DNA of 64,000 bases from Alphaproteobacteria bacterium (GTDB taxonomy: Bacteria > Pseudomonadota > Alphaproteobacteria > JAVJVX01), in contig JAVJVX010000003.1 of NCBI GenBank assembly GCA_040220875.1, positions 136,969 to 200,968 on the forward strand. The letters run 5' to 3'. Below, piece after piece: positions 8,459 through 18,634 of this stretch (position 1 is its first letter; every line of letters starts with the position of its first letter). The notes beneath the pieces are model-generated. The model saw nothing but the letters and a program-made list of their open reading frames with translations. It had not been told where the DNA came from and made no database searches. The translations under genes were made by a program, and so were the position numbers.

Positions 8459-10261
8459 TTAGTACAGGCCGTCGAGCTCCGCGCCATAAAGGCGTTTCAG
8501 TTCGTTGCGGCGGATTTTCATGCTCGGCGTCATCAGGCTGTTCTCGATGGTGAAGGGCTCCTTTGCGATCATGAACCGCCGCACGCGCTCAACCTGGGAA
8601 AGTGTCTTGTTGACCTCCTCGATGGCCGTGCCGATGGCCTTGCGGAACTCCGCATCCTCGGCCAGTGCCGCCAGATCGGCCTCACCCGTTCGGCCTTTTT
8701 CCTCGAGCCACGACGCGATGAAATCCTCGTCCGGCACGATCAGTCCCACGAGATAGGGGCGCTTGTCTCCATAGACCATGGCCTGACTGATCTCGGCCCG
8801 CAGCGTAAGGAAGCCCTCGACCCGTTGGGGTGAGACGTTGTCGCCCCCCGAATTGACGATGATGTCCTTCTTGCGGTCGGTAATCTCGAGGTAGCCGTCT
8901 TCGTCCAGCGCCCCGACATCGCCGGTATGAAGCCAGCCGTCCCGGATGGTCTCGGCCGTGGCTTCCGGGTTCTGCCAGTAGCCCTGCATCACGAGCTCGC
9001 CACGGACGAGAATTTCACCGTCCTCGGCGATCCGCAGATCGACCCCGTCGAGCGGCCGGCCTACCGTGTGCATCTTGACCGCGAAAGGCGGATTGCAACT
9101 GATGACCGGCGCGGCCTCGGTCTGGCCGTAGCCCTGCAGCAGACGCAGCCCCAAAGCCTCGAAAAACTCGCCGACCTCGACATTGAGGGGCGCGCCGCCC
9201 GAGACCAGCGCCTTCAGTCGCCCGCCGAACCGCGCCTTGACCTTTCGGCGCACGAGCCGGTTGAGCAGCTTGTCGAGTATGCGCTCGCCCAGGTTCAGGC
9301 TTTCGGGCTCGTGCTTACGCTTGAGCCCCAGCTCGACGGCCTTGAAAAACAGCCGCTGCCGGCTCGCGGGCTGCTGCTCCAGCCCGCGCAGGATACGCGC
9401 GCGCATCGATTCGTAGAGACGCGGGACGGCCGTCATGATGGTGGGGCGCACTTCCTGCATGTTGGTCGCCAGCGTCTCGACCCCCTCGGCATAATAAATC
9501 TGGGCGCCGATCGAGATCGGGAAAAACTGGCCGGCCGTGTGCTCGTAGGAATGCGAAAGCGGCAGGAATGAGAGAAATATCTCATTGCCGAGCCCCATTT
9601 CCCGAAGCAGCCCGTAAGCACCCATGCAATTGCAGATGATCGCCCCGTGGCTGAGCATCACACCCTTGGGCGCGCCGCCGGTGCCGGATGTGTAAATGAG
9701 ACAGGCCAGATCGTCGCGCGCCGTCTGGCTCACGCGCGCCGCGACGAAATCCTCGATGCCTTCGCCGGCCTCAAGCGTGTCCTGCCAGCCATAGACCGGG
9801 ACATCACCCTGCTGGTCAACATCGGCATCGTCCATCGTGACGACAAAACGGGTCTGCGAAGATTTGTAGGCGGCCGGCAGCAGGTGGCGCGATATCCGGC
9901 GCGAGGAGACGATCGCCGCCTTGGCGTGGGCATCGTCCAGAACGTGCAGATGGTCGGTCAGCGTGTTGGTCGTGTACGCCGGCACAGTGACGCCACCCGC
10001 CGCCATGATGGCGAGATCGGCGATCAGCCATTCGGGCCGGTTTTCCGAACAGAGCACCACCCGGTCGCCGTCGCGCACCCCGCGCTGGCGCAACCCGCGC
10101 GCCATGGCCGTGGCCTGGGCGGCGGTTTCCTGCCAGGTGACCGGATGGTACTTTCCCGACCGCCTGGTCCAGAGGAAGGGCTTGTCGCCAAGTTCCGCCG
10201 CGCGGTCGAAAAACATTTGGGTCAATGAGGTAATCTGGCTGTAATCGGGCGGTTTCGCCAT
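8459..10261 (-). CDS. long-chain-fatty-acid--CoA ligase (AMP-dependent synthetase)
   Basis: The translation has the YTSGTGGAPKGVMLSH AMP-binding motif, GYGQTE and GWLHTGDVG. The most plausible start is ATG 10261 (MAKPPDYSQITSL...). The 297 codons of track ORF upstream of it are R/G/P-rich and overlap the divergent pepF gene. Confidence 0.8.
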   Translation of the reverse strand: MAKPPDYSQITSLTQMFFDRAAELGDKPFLWTRRSGKYHPVTWQETAAQATAMARGLRQRGVRDGDRVVLCSENRPEWLIADLAIMAAGGVTVPAYTTNTLTDHLHVLDDAHAKAAIVSSRRISRHLLPAAYKSSQTRFVVTMDDADVDQQGDVPVYGWQDTLEAGEGIEDFVAARVSQTARDDLACLIYTSGTGGAPKGVMLSHGAIICNCMGAYGLLREMGLGNEIFLSFLPLSHSYEHTAGQFFPISIGAQIYYAEGVETLATNMQEVRPTIMTAVPRLYESMRARILRGLEQQPASRQRLFFKAVELGLKRKHEPESLNLGERILDKLLNRLVRRKVKARFGGRLKALVSGGAPLNVEVGEFFEALGLRLLQGYGQTEAAPVISCNPPFAVKMHTVGRPLDGVDLRIAEDGEILVRGELVMQGYWQNPEATAETIRDGWLHTGDVGALDEDGYLEITDRKKDIIVNSGGDNVSPQRVEGFLTLRAEISQAMVYGDKRPYLVGLIVPDEDFIASWLEEKGRTGEADLAALAEDAEFRKAIGTAIEEVNKTLSQVERVRRFMIAKEPFTIENSLMTPSMKIRRNELKRLYGAELDGLY

Positions 10262-10435
10262 GACGCTCCCCGGTCGTTGTGCTGCTCGCGGCCCGGTCTG
10301 GTCCGGCGCCTTCCTCCGTGCCAATTCCGCCTGATGCGCCGGAGATTGCCGCCTTGCAGCGCTCTCGCCCTCCGGCACCGCTTCTTGGCGGCAGGCGGCT
10401 GCCATCTTATATGAGTTATCGTGAAGGAGTAACCA

Positions 10436-12283
10436 ATGACCGCCAAACCGCCCGTTGAGAAGATGACGACCGAAACCGCGACCCCGGAGGCCCCTGAGGC
10501 CCCTGAGGCGTCGGAGGCCCTGCCCTTGTGGGACCTTACGGATCTCTATCGCAGCCCGAACGCGCCGGAGCTTGTGGACGATCTGGCCGGGGCCGAGGCG
10601 GCGGCGCGCGATTTTGAGACGGAATACAAGGGCTGCCTCGCCAGGCTGGATGCCCGGGGCTTGGAGGCTGCAATCAGCGCCTACGAGACTATCGCGGAGA
10701 CGCTCTCGCGCGTCCTGGGCTACGCCTATCTGCGATATGCCGGCGATGTCAGCCTGGCGGAGAACGGCCGCTTCCTCCAGTCCATGCAGGAGCGGGCCAA
10801 CGACATCTCGAGCCACACGCTGTTCTTTGAGCTCGAGCTCAACTGTCTTGCGGAAGATCACCTGGCAGGCCTGCTGGCCGAGCCCGGCCTCGCACATTAT
10901 CGGCCATGGATCGAGAATACGCGCATTCACAAGCCCCATCAGCTTTCCGACGAGATCGAGCGGCTGCTGCACGACAAATCCGTTGCGGGGGCGAATGCCT
11001 GGATCCGGTTGTTCGATGAAACCATGGCCGCCCTCCGCTTCCGGCTCGACGGCAGGGACCTTACGATCGCGGAAACACTGGACCGTCTCTCTCATCCGGA
11101 TGTTGCGGTTCGCCGCGAGGCTGCTCATGCGGTCGGAGATGTGCTGGCCCAAAATGTGCGGGTCTTCACGCTCATTACCAATACGCTCGCAAAGGACAAG
11201 GAGGTGGAGGACCGCTGGCGTAAATATCCTACCCCCATGTCACCTCGCCATCTCTCGAATCTCGTGGAGGATGAGGTGGTCGAGGCGTTGCGGTCTGCCG
11301 TGCGCGGTGCCTATCCGCGATTGTCTCACCGCTATTACACCCTGAAGGCCAAATGGTTCGGCGGGGATCGGCTGGATTATTGGGACCGCAACGCCCCCCT
11401 GCCGGACGAGGATCACCGGGTCATTCCCTGGGCCGAAGCGCAAGCCACCGTGCTCGATGCCTACGGCCGGTTTTCGCCCGTGATGCAGGACACTGCAGCA
11501 ACCTTCTTCGCCCGGAACTGGATCGACGCGCAAGTCCGGCCCGGTAAGGAATCGGGTGCCTTTTCCCATCCCACGGTACCAACGGTGCATCCCTATATCC
11601 TTCTCAACTACCAGGGCAAGACACGCGATGTGATGACGCTCGCCCACGAACTGGGCCACGGTGTCCATCAGATGCTGGCCGGACCCAAGGGATATCTCCT
11701 GGCGGATACACCGCTGACCCTGGCCGAAACCGCCTCCGTTTTCGGCGAAATGCTTACCTTCCGTTCCATGCTGGATAAGGAAAGTGAGCCCCGCCGGCGA
11801 CGCGCGATGCTGGCGCAGAAGGTGGAGGACATGCTCAACACGGTCGTCCGCCAGATCGCGTTCTACGAGTTCGAGATCCGCGTTCATGCGGAGCGCAGGA
11901 AGGCTGAGCTGCTCCCGGAGGATCTCGGCCGGATCTGGATGGAGGTTCAGGGCGAAAGCCTCGGGCCGGCGCTCAGGTTCGACGACCAGTACAGGCACTT
12001 CTGGGCCTATATCCCGCACTTCATCCATTCTCCGTTTTACGTCTACGCCTACGCGTTTGGCGATTGTCTGGTAAACGCGCTCTACGCCGTCTTCGAAAAA
12101 GGCGAGCCGGGTTTCGCCGAACGCTATCTCGACATGCTCCGCGCGGGTGGCGCCAAGCGCCATCGGGAATTGCTGGCACCCTTCGGCCTCGATGCCTCCG
12201 ACCCTGATTTCTGGGCCTTGGGGCTCGGCGTCCTCGAGGGCTTCATCGACGAGCTCGAGGCGGCCGACCAGGAGGTGGATTAG
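10436..12283 (+). CDS. M3-family oligoendopeptidase (PepF-like)
   Basis: It has the HELGHGVH zinc-binding HExxH and a length of 615 aa. A divergent promoter region is shared with the acyl-CoA ligase. Confidence 0.8.
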   Translation: MTAKPPVEKMTTETATPEAPEAPEASEALPLWDLTDLYRSPNAPELVDDLAGAEAAARDFETEYKGCLARLDARGLEAAISAYETIAETLSRVLGYAYLRYAGDVSLAENGRFLQSMQERANDISSHTLFFELELNCLAEDHLAGLLAEPGLAHYRPWIENTRIHKPHQLSDEIERLLHDKSVAGANAWIRLFDETMAALRFRLDGRDLTIAETLDRLSHPDVAVRREAAHAVGDVLAQNVRVFTLITNTLAKDKEVEDRWRKYPTPMSPRHLSNLVEDEVVEALRSAVRGAYPRLSHRYYTLKAKWFGGDRLDYWDRNAPLPDEDHRVIPWAEAQATVLDAYGRFSPVMQDTAATFFARNWIDAQVRPGKESGAFSHPTVPTVHPYILLNYQGKTRDVMTLAHELGHGVHQMLAGPKGYLLADTPLTLAETASVFGEMLTFRSMLDKESEPRRRRAMLAQKVEDMLNTVVRQIAFYEFEIRVHAERRKAELLPEDLGRIWMEVQGESLGPALRFDDQYRHFWAYIPHFIHSPFYVYAYAFGDCLVNALYAVFEKGEPGFAERYLDMLRAGGAKRHRELLAPFGLDASDPDFWALGLGVLEGFIDELEAADQEVD

Positions 12284-12458
12284 GCATCCAGTGGAAAGGC
12301 CTTGAAGCGGGGCCGGGCTTCGCGCATGTTTGCGCTGCCGCACCTGACCGCGTGCTCGCCTCGGCCCCGGCGACGTCCTTCGGCACCTTTTCCGGGCTGC
12401 CGAAGGCTCCGGATACGCGAGTCAGGAGATCAAGAGTTTCGGGGGATCAGGATAAAGC

Positions 12459-13616
12459 ATGCGGATAGCGATACCGAAAGAACGCCGCGCCGGCGAAACC
12501 CGTGTGGCGGTGACGCCCGATTCGATCAAGAAATACATCGCGCTCGGTGCGGAGGTTGTCGTGGAAGCGGGCGCCGGCGCCGGCGCCGCGATCCCGGACG
12601 ACGCGATGACCCAGGCCGGTGCCACCATGGCGCCCGATCTCGAGGCCTGTTTGCGTGACGCCGACATCGTGCTCAAGGTGCAGCGGCCCCTCAAGGCGGG
12701 CGAGGGCGAGGTCGACGAACTGGCACTTATTCCGAAGGGCGCGCTGCTTGTCGGCAATTTGCAGCCCTTTGGCGATCGCGAGGCGGCCGAGGCCTATGCG
12801 CGAGCCGGGCTGACGGCGTTTGCCATGGAGCTGATGCCGCGCATCAGCCGGGCGCAATCCCTCGACACGCTCTCCTCGCAAAGCAATCTGGCCGGCTACA
12901 AGGCGGTCGTCGATGCGGCCGCCATGCTGCCGCGCGCCTTTCCGCTCATGATGACGGCCGCCGGCACCGTGCCGCCGGCAAGGGTGCTGGTGCTGGGGGC
13001 CGGCGTGGCCGGACTTCAGGCGATCGCCACCGCCAAGCGCCTGGGCGCGGTCGTCTCCGCCTTCGATGTGAGGCCCGCGGTAAAAGAGCAGGTGCAGAGC
13101 CTGGGCGGTAAATTCATCGAAGTGCCGGTGGAGGAAGGCGAGGAGGGCGAGACCGCGGGCGGCTACGCATCGGAAATGAGCGAGGACTACAAGCGCCGGC
13201 AGGGCGAACTGGTGGCGGAGACCGTCAAAAGCCAGGATGTCGTGATTTCGACGGCGCTCATTCCGGGCAAGCCGGCGCCGCGGCTCGTGTCGGCGGCAAT
13301 GGTCGAAAGCATGAAGCCGGGTGCGATCATCATGGATCTGGCGGCCGAGACCGGGGGAAACTGCGAACTGACACGACCGGGGGAGATCATCGAGGCCCAC
13401 GGCGTGACCATTGTCGGCCACCTCAACGTTCCGGCGCGCATTCCGGCTGATGCGAGTTCTCTTTTCGCGCGAAACCTTGCCAATTTCGTCACCCTCATGG
13501 TCAAGCCCGAGGAGGACCAGCCGGTCATCGACTGGGAGGATGACGTCTTCAAGGGCACGGCCCTGACCCGGGATGACAAGGTCGTCCATCCGATTCTCAT
13601 TGGCGGGGAGAGCTAG
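12459..13616 (+). CDS. pntAA: NAD(P) transhydrogenase subunit alpha part 1 (dI)
   Basis: The translation MRIAIPKERRAGETRVAVTPDSIKKYIALG matches alanine-dehydrogenase/PNT N-terminal and NAD-binding GAGVAG domains. Confidence 0.9.
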   Translation: MRIAIPKERRAGETRVAVTPDSIKKYIALGAEVVVEAGAGAGAAIPDDAMTQAGATMAPDLEACLRDADIVLKVQRPLKAGEGEVDELALIPKGALLVGNLQPFGDREAAEAYARAGLTAFAMELMPRISRAQSLDTLSSQSNLAGYKAVVDAAAMLPRAFPLMMTAAGTVPPARVLVLGAGVAGLQAIATAKRLGAVVSAFDVRPAVKEQVQSLGGKFIEVPVEEGEEGETAGGYASEMSEDYKRRQGELVAETVKSQDVVISTALIPGKPAPRLVSAAMVESMKPGAIIMDLAAETGGNCELTRPGEIIEAHGVTIVGHLNVPARIPADASSLFARNLANFVTLMVKPEEDQPVIDWEDDVFKGTALTRDDKVVHPILIGGES

Positions 13617-13619
13617 GTC

Positions 13620-13964
13620 ATGGAATTCCAATCCCTCTCGAAAGTCGCGGATGCCACTGCCACCTCGGTCCATGCCGGGGCTGATCCGATCGTGCTCGCC
13701 TTCACGGTCTTCGTGCTGGCCATTTTCGTCGGCTATTACGTTGTCTGGAGTGTTACGCCGGCCCTTCATTCGCCCCTGATGTCGGTGACCAACGCCATTT
13801 CCAGCGTCATCATCGTGGGCGCCCTTATCGCCGCGGGTCCGAATGACGTCAGCCTGTCGTCCGTCATGGGGCTGATCGCGGTGGTGCTGGCCTCGGTCAA
13901 TATCTTCGGGGGCTTTATCGTCAGTCAGCGCATGCTGTCCATGTTCAAAAAGAAAAAGAAGTAG
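13620..13964 (+). CDS. pntAB: NAD(P) transhydrogenase subunit alpha part 2 (membrane dII-a)
   Basis: It is a 114-aa, very hydrophobic protein, 4 nt after the pntAA stop. Split alpha subunits are as in Rhodospirillum-type PntAA/AB/B. Confidence 0.85.
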   Translation: MEFQSLSKVADATATSVHAGADPIVLAFTVFVLAIFVGYYVVWSVTPALHSPLMSVTNAISSVIIVGALIAAGPNDVSLSSVMGLIAVVLASVNIFGGFIVSQRMLSMFKKKKK

Positions 13965-13974
13965 GGGAAGCGCC

Positions 13975-15363
13975 ATGTCGGAGAATCTTACGGCCTTCGC
14001 CTATCTGCTGGCCTCGATCTGCTTCATCCTCGCGCTGCGCGGACTGTCCTCGCCCGAAACCGCGCGCCAGGGCAATTTTCTGGGCATCGCGGGCATGGCC
14101 ATCGCCGTGGCAGCCACGCTGGCCAGCAACGAAGTACTGAACTACACCTACATCGCCATCGCTGTTCTGATCGGCGGGACGATCGGCACGATTATCGCAC
14201 GCCGGATTTCGATGACGGCGCTGCCCCAACTCGTCGCCGCCTTTCACTCCCTGGTCGGGCTGGCGGCCGTTCTGGTGGCAGCCGCCGCGTTTTACGCGCC
14301 GGAAGCCTACGGCATCGGCGTCGCGGGCAATATCAAGACGGTCAGCCTTGTGGAGATGAGCATCGGCGTGGCCATCGGCGCGGTCACCTTTACCGGCTCC
14401 ATCATCGCCTTTGGCAAGCTGCAGGGGCTGATCACCTCGGCCCCGCTCGTGTTTCCGCTGCAGCATCCGCTTAACGCTGCCCTCGGTCTCGGGCTGGTGG
14501 CACTTGTGGTGCTGTTCTGCCTCGGCCAATCGGTGGAGCTGTTCTGGGCGATCGCCTTCCTGGCGCTGGTCATCGGCGTGCTGCTCATCGTGCCGATCGG
14601 CGGCGCCGACATGCCGGTCGTGATCTCGATGCTGAACTCATACTCGGGCTGGGCCGCGAGTGGCATCGGCTTCACCCTGGGCAACAATCTCCTGATCGTC
14701 ACCGGCGCGCTGGTGGGCGCCAGCGGCGCCATCCTGTCCTACATCATGTGCAAGGGGATGAACCGCTCCTTTTTCAACGTGATCCTGGGGGGCTTCGGCG
14801 CGGAAGGGTCGGCCGGGGCCGTGGACATGGGGGACCGGACCGTTAAATCGGGTAGTGCGGAGGACGCGCGTTTCCTGATGGAGAATGCCGAAAGCGTCAT
14901 CGTCGTGCCAGGCTACGGCATGGCGGTCGCCCAGGCGCAGCACGCGTTGCGCGAAATGGTGGATCTGCTCAAAGGCGCCGGGGTAGAGGTGCGCTATGCC
15001 ATCCATCCCGTCGCGGGCCGCATGCCAGGACACATGAACGTCCTGCTGGCCGAGGCGAGTGTCCCTTATGACGAGGTTTTCGAGCTTGAAGATATCAACC
15101 GGGATTTTTCCTCGACCGACGTGGTGTTCGTGATCGGCGCGAACGACGTGACGAATCCGGCCGCGCGCGATGACCCCACCAGTCCGATCTATGGCATGCC
15201 CATCCTGGATGTGGACAAGGCCAAATCGGTCCTGTTCGTCAAGCGTTCGCTGTCGCCGGGCTATGCCGGGATCGACAACACGCTCTTCTATAACGACAAG
15301 ACGATGATGCTTTTCGGTGACGCCAAGAAAATGTGCGAGGACATCGTCAAGGCGTTTGAATAG
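13975..15363 (+). CDS. pntB: NAD(P) transhydrogenase subunit beta
   Basis: It has a multi-TM N-terminal half, then the dIII NADP-binding domain (GYGMAVAQAQH, VIGANDV). Confidence 0.9.
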   Translation: MSENLTAFAYLLASICFILALRGLSSPETARQGNFLGIAGMAIAVAATLASNEVLNYTYIAIAVLIGGTIGTIIARRISMTALPQLVAAFHSLVGLAAVLVAAAAFYAPEAYGIGVAGNIKTVSLVEMSIGVAIGAVTFTGSIIAFGKLQGLITSAPLVFPLQHPLNAALGLGLVALVVLFCLGQSVELFWAIAFLALVIGVLLIVPIGGADMPVVISMLNSYSGWAASGIGFTLGNNLLIVTGALVGASGAILSYIMCKGMNRSFFNVILGGFGAEGSAGAVDMGDRTVKSGSAEDARFLMENAESVIVVPGYGMAVAQAQHALREMVDLLKGAGVEVRYAIHPVAGRMPGHMNVLLAEASVPYDEVFELEDINRDFSSTDVVFVIGANDVTNPAARDDPTSPIYGMPILDVDKAKSVLFVKRSLSPGYAGIDNTLFYNDKTMMLFGDAKKMCEDIVKAFE

Positions 15364-15390
15364 ACGGCCGGCGAATGGCCTGGAATGATA

Positions 15391-15427
15391 AAAGCCGCGC
15401 CGGCTATGCCGGGGCGGCTTTTTTGTT
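15391..15427 (+). terminator. rho-independent terminator after pntB (could also serve convergent rpsU)
   Basis: AAAGCCGCGCCGGC-tat-GCCGGGGCGGCTTT forms a stem with one mismatch, followed by TTTTTTGTT. On the other strand it is flanked by an A/T-rich run. Confidence 0.6.
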
Positions 15428-15466
15428 CTGGATGAGGCGGGTGGCGGGGCGTGCCGCCCTGGCGAT

Positions 15467-15703
15467 CTAGTAGCCTTCCCGCTCCAGGCGTTTGCGCATC
15501 AGCTTGCGGTGCCGACGCAGGGCTTCGGCCCGCTCGCGGGCGCGTCGCTCCGACGGCTTCTCGTAATTCCGGCGCAGCTTCATTTCGCGGAAGATGCCCT
15601 CGCGCTGCATTTTCTTCTTCAGCGCGCGCAGGGCCTGATCGACATTGTTATCGCGAACGACGACGTTAACGATGGTTCTCACTCCAGTCTGCGCCCGGAT
15701 CAT
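15467..15703 (-). CDS. rpsU: 30S ribosomal protein S21
   Basis: The C-terminal 70 aa ([65 protein letters not shown]) match S21. The track ORF is extended 120 codons upstream into non-protein-like sequence. The start is uncertain (ATG 15703 or GTG 15682), and no clear SD precedes either. Confidence 0.75.
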   Translation of the reverse strand: MIRAQTGVRTIVNVVVRDNNVDQALRALKKKMQREGIFREMKLRRNYEKPSERRARERAEALRRHRKLMRKRLEREGY

Positions 15704-16056
15704 GTCCGGGCATTTTCGGATCCCGTTTGCGCCCGTCTTTTCCCCGGGCCGTTCCCCCTGCGCTGGCCCGCCGGCCCACTCCATGATTCCATGGCAGCCG
15801 ATGGGCAGGTTTGTCCCGCGCCGGGGCCGGCTTTCTAACACACTCCCACAGACCATGGAAGAGGCGGCGACGAAAGTGCAAAAAGCGCCTGGTGCCGAGC
15901 GTTTCCCCGGGATTTCCGCCCGATTCGGACCCTGCGCCGTCTGGTCCGTTGCAGCGACCCCCCTGGCTCGGGCAAGATTGTCCCGGGGCGAATATCCCGC
16001 CCGCCGCGTAAAATACCGATACAGGCGTCCCCGGGCGCCTGGTCGAAAGGAGAGCC

Positions 16057-16752
16057 ATGACACCGCCGTCCGATACCGAGACGCCGAGCGCGCTGGATGC
16101 CCTTAGGGGGAAATTGATGATGGCGGCCCTGCCCCACGTCACCTTCGAAGGTTGGAGCCGGGCGGCGCTCGAGATGGCGGCGGCGGATCTCGGCCTCGAA
16201 GGCGCTGACGTGGACCGCGCCTTTCCGGAGGGACCGATCGGCACCCTCGACTGCTTCAGCGCCTGGGCGGATCGTCAGCTTGAAGCGGAGGCCGCCGGCT
16301 GGGGTGGCGATCCGGAATGGGCGGAAAAAGGATTGCGCGAGCGGGTATCGGCACTGGTGCGCCGGCGGATCGAGATCGTCTCCCCCTACAAGGAAGCCGT
16401 CTCGCGCGGCGCGTCCTTTCAGGCATTGCCGCAAAACGCGCCCACCGCTCTAAAATGCCTCAGCCGCACCGTGGACACGATCTGGCAGGCGGCCGGCGAC
16501 CGGTCGGCTGATTTCAGCTATTACACGAAACGCATGACCCTGGCCGGCATATACGGGGCCACGCTGCTCTACTGGCTTACCGATAATTCTGAGGGCAATG
16601 CCGAGACGTGGCGTTTCCTCGATCGCCGATTGGCCGGCCTCCGGGCATTCGGGGAACTGACCCGCCAGTGCAAGAGCGCGCTGGCTCACATGCCGGATCC
16701 GTTTCGCATCCTCGGCAGTTTTCGCCGCCCACCGGGTCCATCCGGACGCTGA
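16057..16752 (+). CDS. COQ9-family protein (rpsU-divergently transcribed protein)
   Basis: It lies divergent to rpsU, with AAAGGAGAG 5 nt before the ATG. The length and helical composition fit the bacterial COQ9 homolog family that is conserved next to rpsU in alphaproteobacteria. Confidence 0.65.
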   Translation: MTPPSDTETPSALDALRGKLMMAALPHVTFEGWSRAALEMAAADLGLEGADVDRAFPEGPIGTLDCFSAWADRQLEAEAAGWGGDPEWAEKGLRERVSALVRRRIEIVSPYKEAVSRGASFQALPQNAPTALKCLSRTVDTIWQAAGDRSADFSYYTKRMTLAGIYGATLLYWLTDNSEGNAETWRFLDRRLAGLRAFGELTRQCKSALAHMPDPFRILGSFRRPPGPSGR

Positions 16753-16761
16753 CTTCGGGAC

Positions 16762-17883
16762 TCAGCCCTTCGATAACGGCTTCAGTCGGGTGATGTGTCC
16801 CATCTTGCGGCCTGGCCGAGGGGCGTCCTTACCGTAAATGTGAAGCTTGACGCCAGGCGTGCCGGCATGGCGTTGCCAGTCGCGCACCTCATCGCCGATC
16901 AGATTTTTCATTTCGGCGTCGGCCAGCCGGCGCGGCGAGCCAAGCGGCCAGCCGGCGACGGCCCGGACGTGTTGCTCGAACTGGCTGGTCTCGGCCGCCT
17001 CGATGGTCCAATGCCCCGAATTGTGTGGCCGCGGGGCGATTTCGTTGACCAGCACCCGGTCGTCGCGGGTTACGAACATTTCCACGGCGAGGAGCCCCAC
17101 CAGATCGAGCCCGTCGGCGATGGCATCCGCGATGCGCTCCGCCTCCCGCGCGACCCTGGCCGGGACGATGGTCGGGTCCGCCGGCGCGATGGTGGTATCC
17201 AGGGTGTGGTTGACGTGGCGGTTCTCGACCGTATCGAAATGCGCTTCGCTGCCGTCCAGCCCGCGCGCCACGATGACGGAAATCTCGCACTTGAAATCGA
17301 CGAAGGCTTCGAGCACCGCGGCCTCTGTATTCAGTGCCCGCCAGGCGGCATCAAGATCGCTGGCGGGTTCGAGGCGCTGCTGGCCCTTGCCGTCATAGCC
17401 GAAGCGGCTGGTCTTCAGGATGCCTGGCAGACCGATTTGCCTGGCTGCGGTGTGGAGAGCATCCGGCGAGGTAATTTCGGCATACGGGGCTGTGGCGATT
17501 CCGAGGCCCTTGATGAAGGATTTTTCCAGCGCCCGGTCCTGGGAAATCCTGAGCACATTCCAGCCCGGCCGGACCGGTACGTGGTCCGCCAGCAGCTTGA
17601 CCGATTCGTGCGGGATATTCTCGAATTCGAACGTCACGACATCGACCGCGCGGGCGAAGGCGTCGAGCGCCGCCCGGTCATCATAAGCGGCTCGCGTCGC
17701 GCGATCCGTGACCTGCGTCGCCGGCGCGTCGCCGGGCGGACAGAAAACATGGCTGCGAAACCCGAGGCGGGCGGCCGCCAGCGCCGTCATGCGGCCGAGC
17801 TGGCCACCGCCGATAATGCCGATCACGGCACCCGGGGCGAGCGCGGCTGATCGTTTCGGGTCGCGCCCTGTCGCCACGGTCAA
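16762..17883 (-). CDS. purK: 5-(carboxyamino)imidazole ribonucleotide synthase
   Basis: It has an ATP-grasp fold with [11 protein letters not shown] at the N-terminus. It overlaps the purE stop by 4 nt. Confidence 0.9.
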   Translation of the reverse strand: MTVATGRDPKRSAALAPGAVIGIIGGGQLGRMTALAAARLGFRSHVFCPPGDAPATQVTDRATRAAYDDRAALDAFARAVDVVTFEFENIPHESVKLLADHVPVRPGWNVLRISQDRALEKSFIKGLGIATAPYAEITSPDALHTAARQIGLPGILKTSRFGYDGKGQQRLEPASDLDAAWRALNTEAAVLEAFVDFKCEISVIVARGLDGSEAHFDTVENRHVNHTLDTTIAPADPTIVPARVAREAERIADAIADGLDLVGLLAVEMFVTRDDRVLVNEIAPRPHNSGHWTIEAAETSQFEQHVRAVAGWPLGSPRRLADAEMKNLIGDEVRDWQRHAGTPGVKLHIYGKDAPRPGRKMGHITRLKPLSKG

Positions 17884-18392
17884 TCCCGTTTCCGGGGGTC
17901 GAGGCCGACCGCCTCCGTCTGGGCGCGCCGCCAGGCTTCCAGCCTGTCCGACAAGGCCGGATCGTCGAGCGCCACGATCGATGCCGCCAGCAATCCGGCA
18001 TTCCTGGCCCCGGCCTTGCCGATGGCGAGGGTGCCGACCGGGACGCCGCCGGGCATTTGGGCGATCGAAAGCAGACTGTCCAGGCCCTTGAGGGCCGCGC
18101 TTTCCACCGGCACGCCCAGAACCGGCAGGATGGTCATGGCGGCGGCCATGCCCGGGAGATGGGCCGCGCCGCCGGCGCCCGCCACGATGACCCGGATTCC
18201 CCGATCGCGCGCCTTGGTTGCATAGGCATATAGGCGGTCTGGCGTGCGGTGGGCCGAGACGATCCGCGTTTCATGGACAACGCCAAGCTCGTCGAGGATG
18301 TCGGCCGTGTGCTTCATGGTCGCCCAGTCGGACTGGCTTCCCATGATAATGCCGATCCTGGGCGTCGCCGGCGCGTCGGCGCTGTCCGCCAT
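17880..18392 (-). CDS. purE: 5-(carboxyamino)imidazole ribonucleotide mutase
   Basis: [13 protein letters not shown]...[15 protein letters not shown] is the classic PurE signature. Confidence 0.9.
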   Translation of the reverse strand: MADSADAPATPRIGIIMGSQSDWATMKHTADILDELGVVHETRIVSAHRTPDRLYAYATKARDRGIRVIVAGAGGAAHLPGMAAAMTILPVLGVPVESAALKGLDSLLSIAQMPGGVPVGTLAIGKAGARNAGLLAASIVALDDPALSDRLEAWRRAQTEAVGLDPRKRD

Positions 18393-18434
18393 CTTGGATC
18401 TCCCCTTGCCCGGCCGGGGCCGGAAAAAGTGCGG

Positions 18435-18462
18435 ATTATAGGGTGAGGGGCGGCCGCCGCAA
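18435..18462 (-). promoter_or_regulatory. candidate sigma70 promoter for purEK (TTGCGG-16-TATAAT)
   Basis: On the minus strand, a perfect TATAAT (18440..18435) sits 16 nt after TTGCGG (18462..18457). It is about 45 nt upstream of the purE ATG, which carries an AAGGGGAG ribosome-binding site. Confidence 0.35.
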
Positions 18463-18634
18463 GCGCTGAGATAAGGCCGGAAGCCGGGCCCTGATCACGA
18501 AACGGCCGTCGGCGTGCGCCAGGCCGCCCCGTTTCCCGGAAAGATTTCCTTAAGCATCCCCCCTTAGGGTCCGTCTGGACCCGGCCGCGAGATGTCGGCC
18601 GCAATCCGCCCAAGTGGGGAGGGTGCGCCAGAAC

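Noticed and set aside
10262-11152. The 297-codon N-terminal extension of the acyl-CoA ligase ORF in the track (8459..11152).
   Set aside because: The extension is R/G/L-rich junk and overlaps the well-supported divergent pepF gene on the other strand. Ligase homology begins at MAKPPDYS (ATG 10261).
15467-16063. A 198-aa rpsU ORF as given in the track.
   Set aside because: Only the last 78 codons match S21. The upstream part is G/R/P-rich and runs into the divergent promoter region.
18450-18540. TPP- or ZTP-riboswitch-like fragments (CUGAGA, CCUGAUC, GGGUCCGUCUGGACC) near the purE promoter.
   Set aside because: Only short fragments match. The TPP pyrophosphate-binding GCGUAGGGA part is missing, and so are the ZTP pseudoknot elements. 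The element lies upstream of the purE -10, so it would not be in the purE mRNA. It is kept only as an unexplained hairpin.
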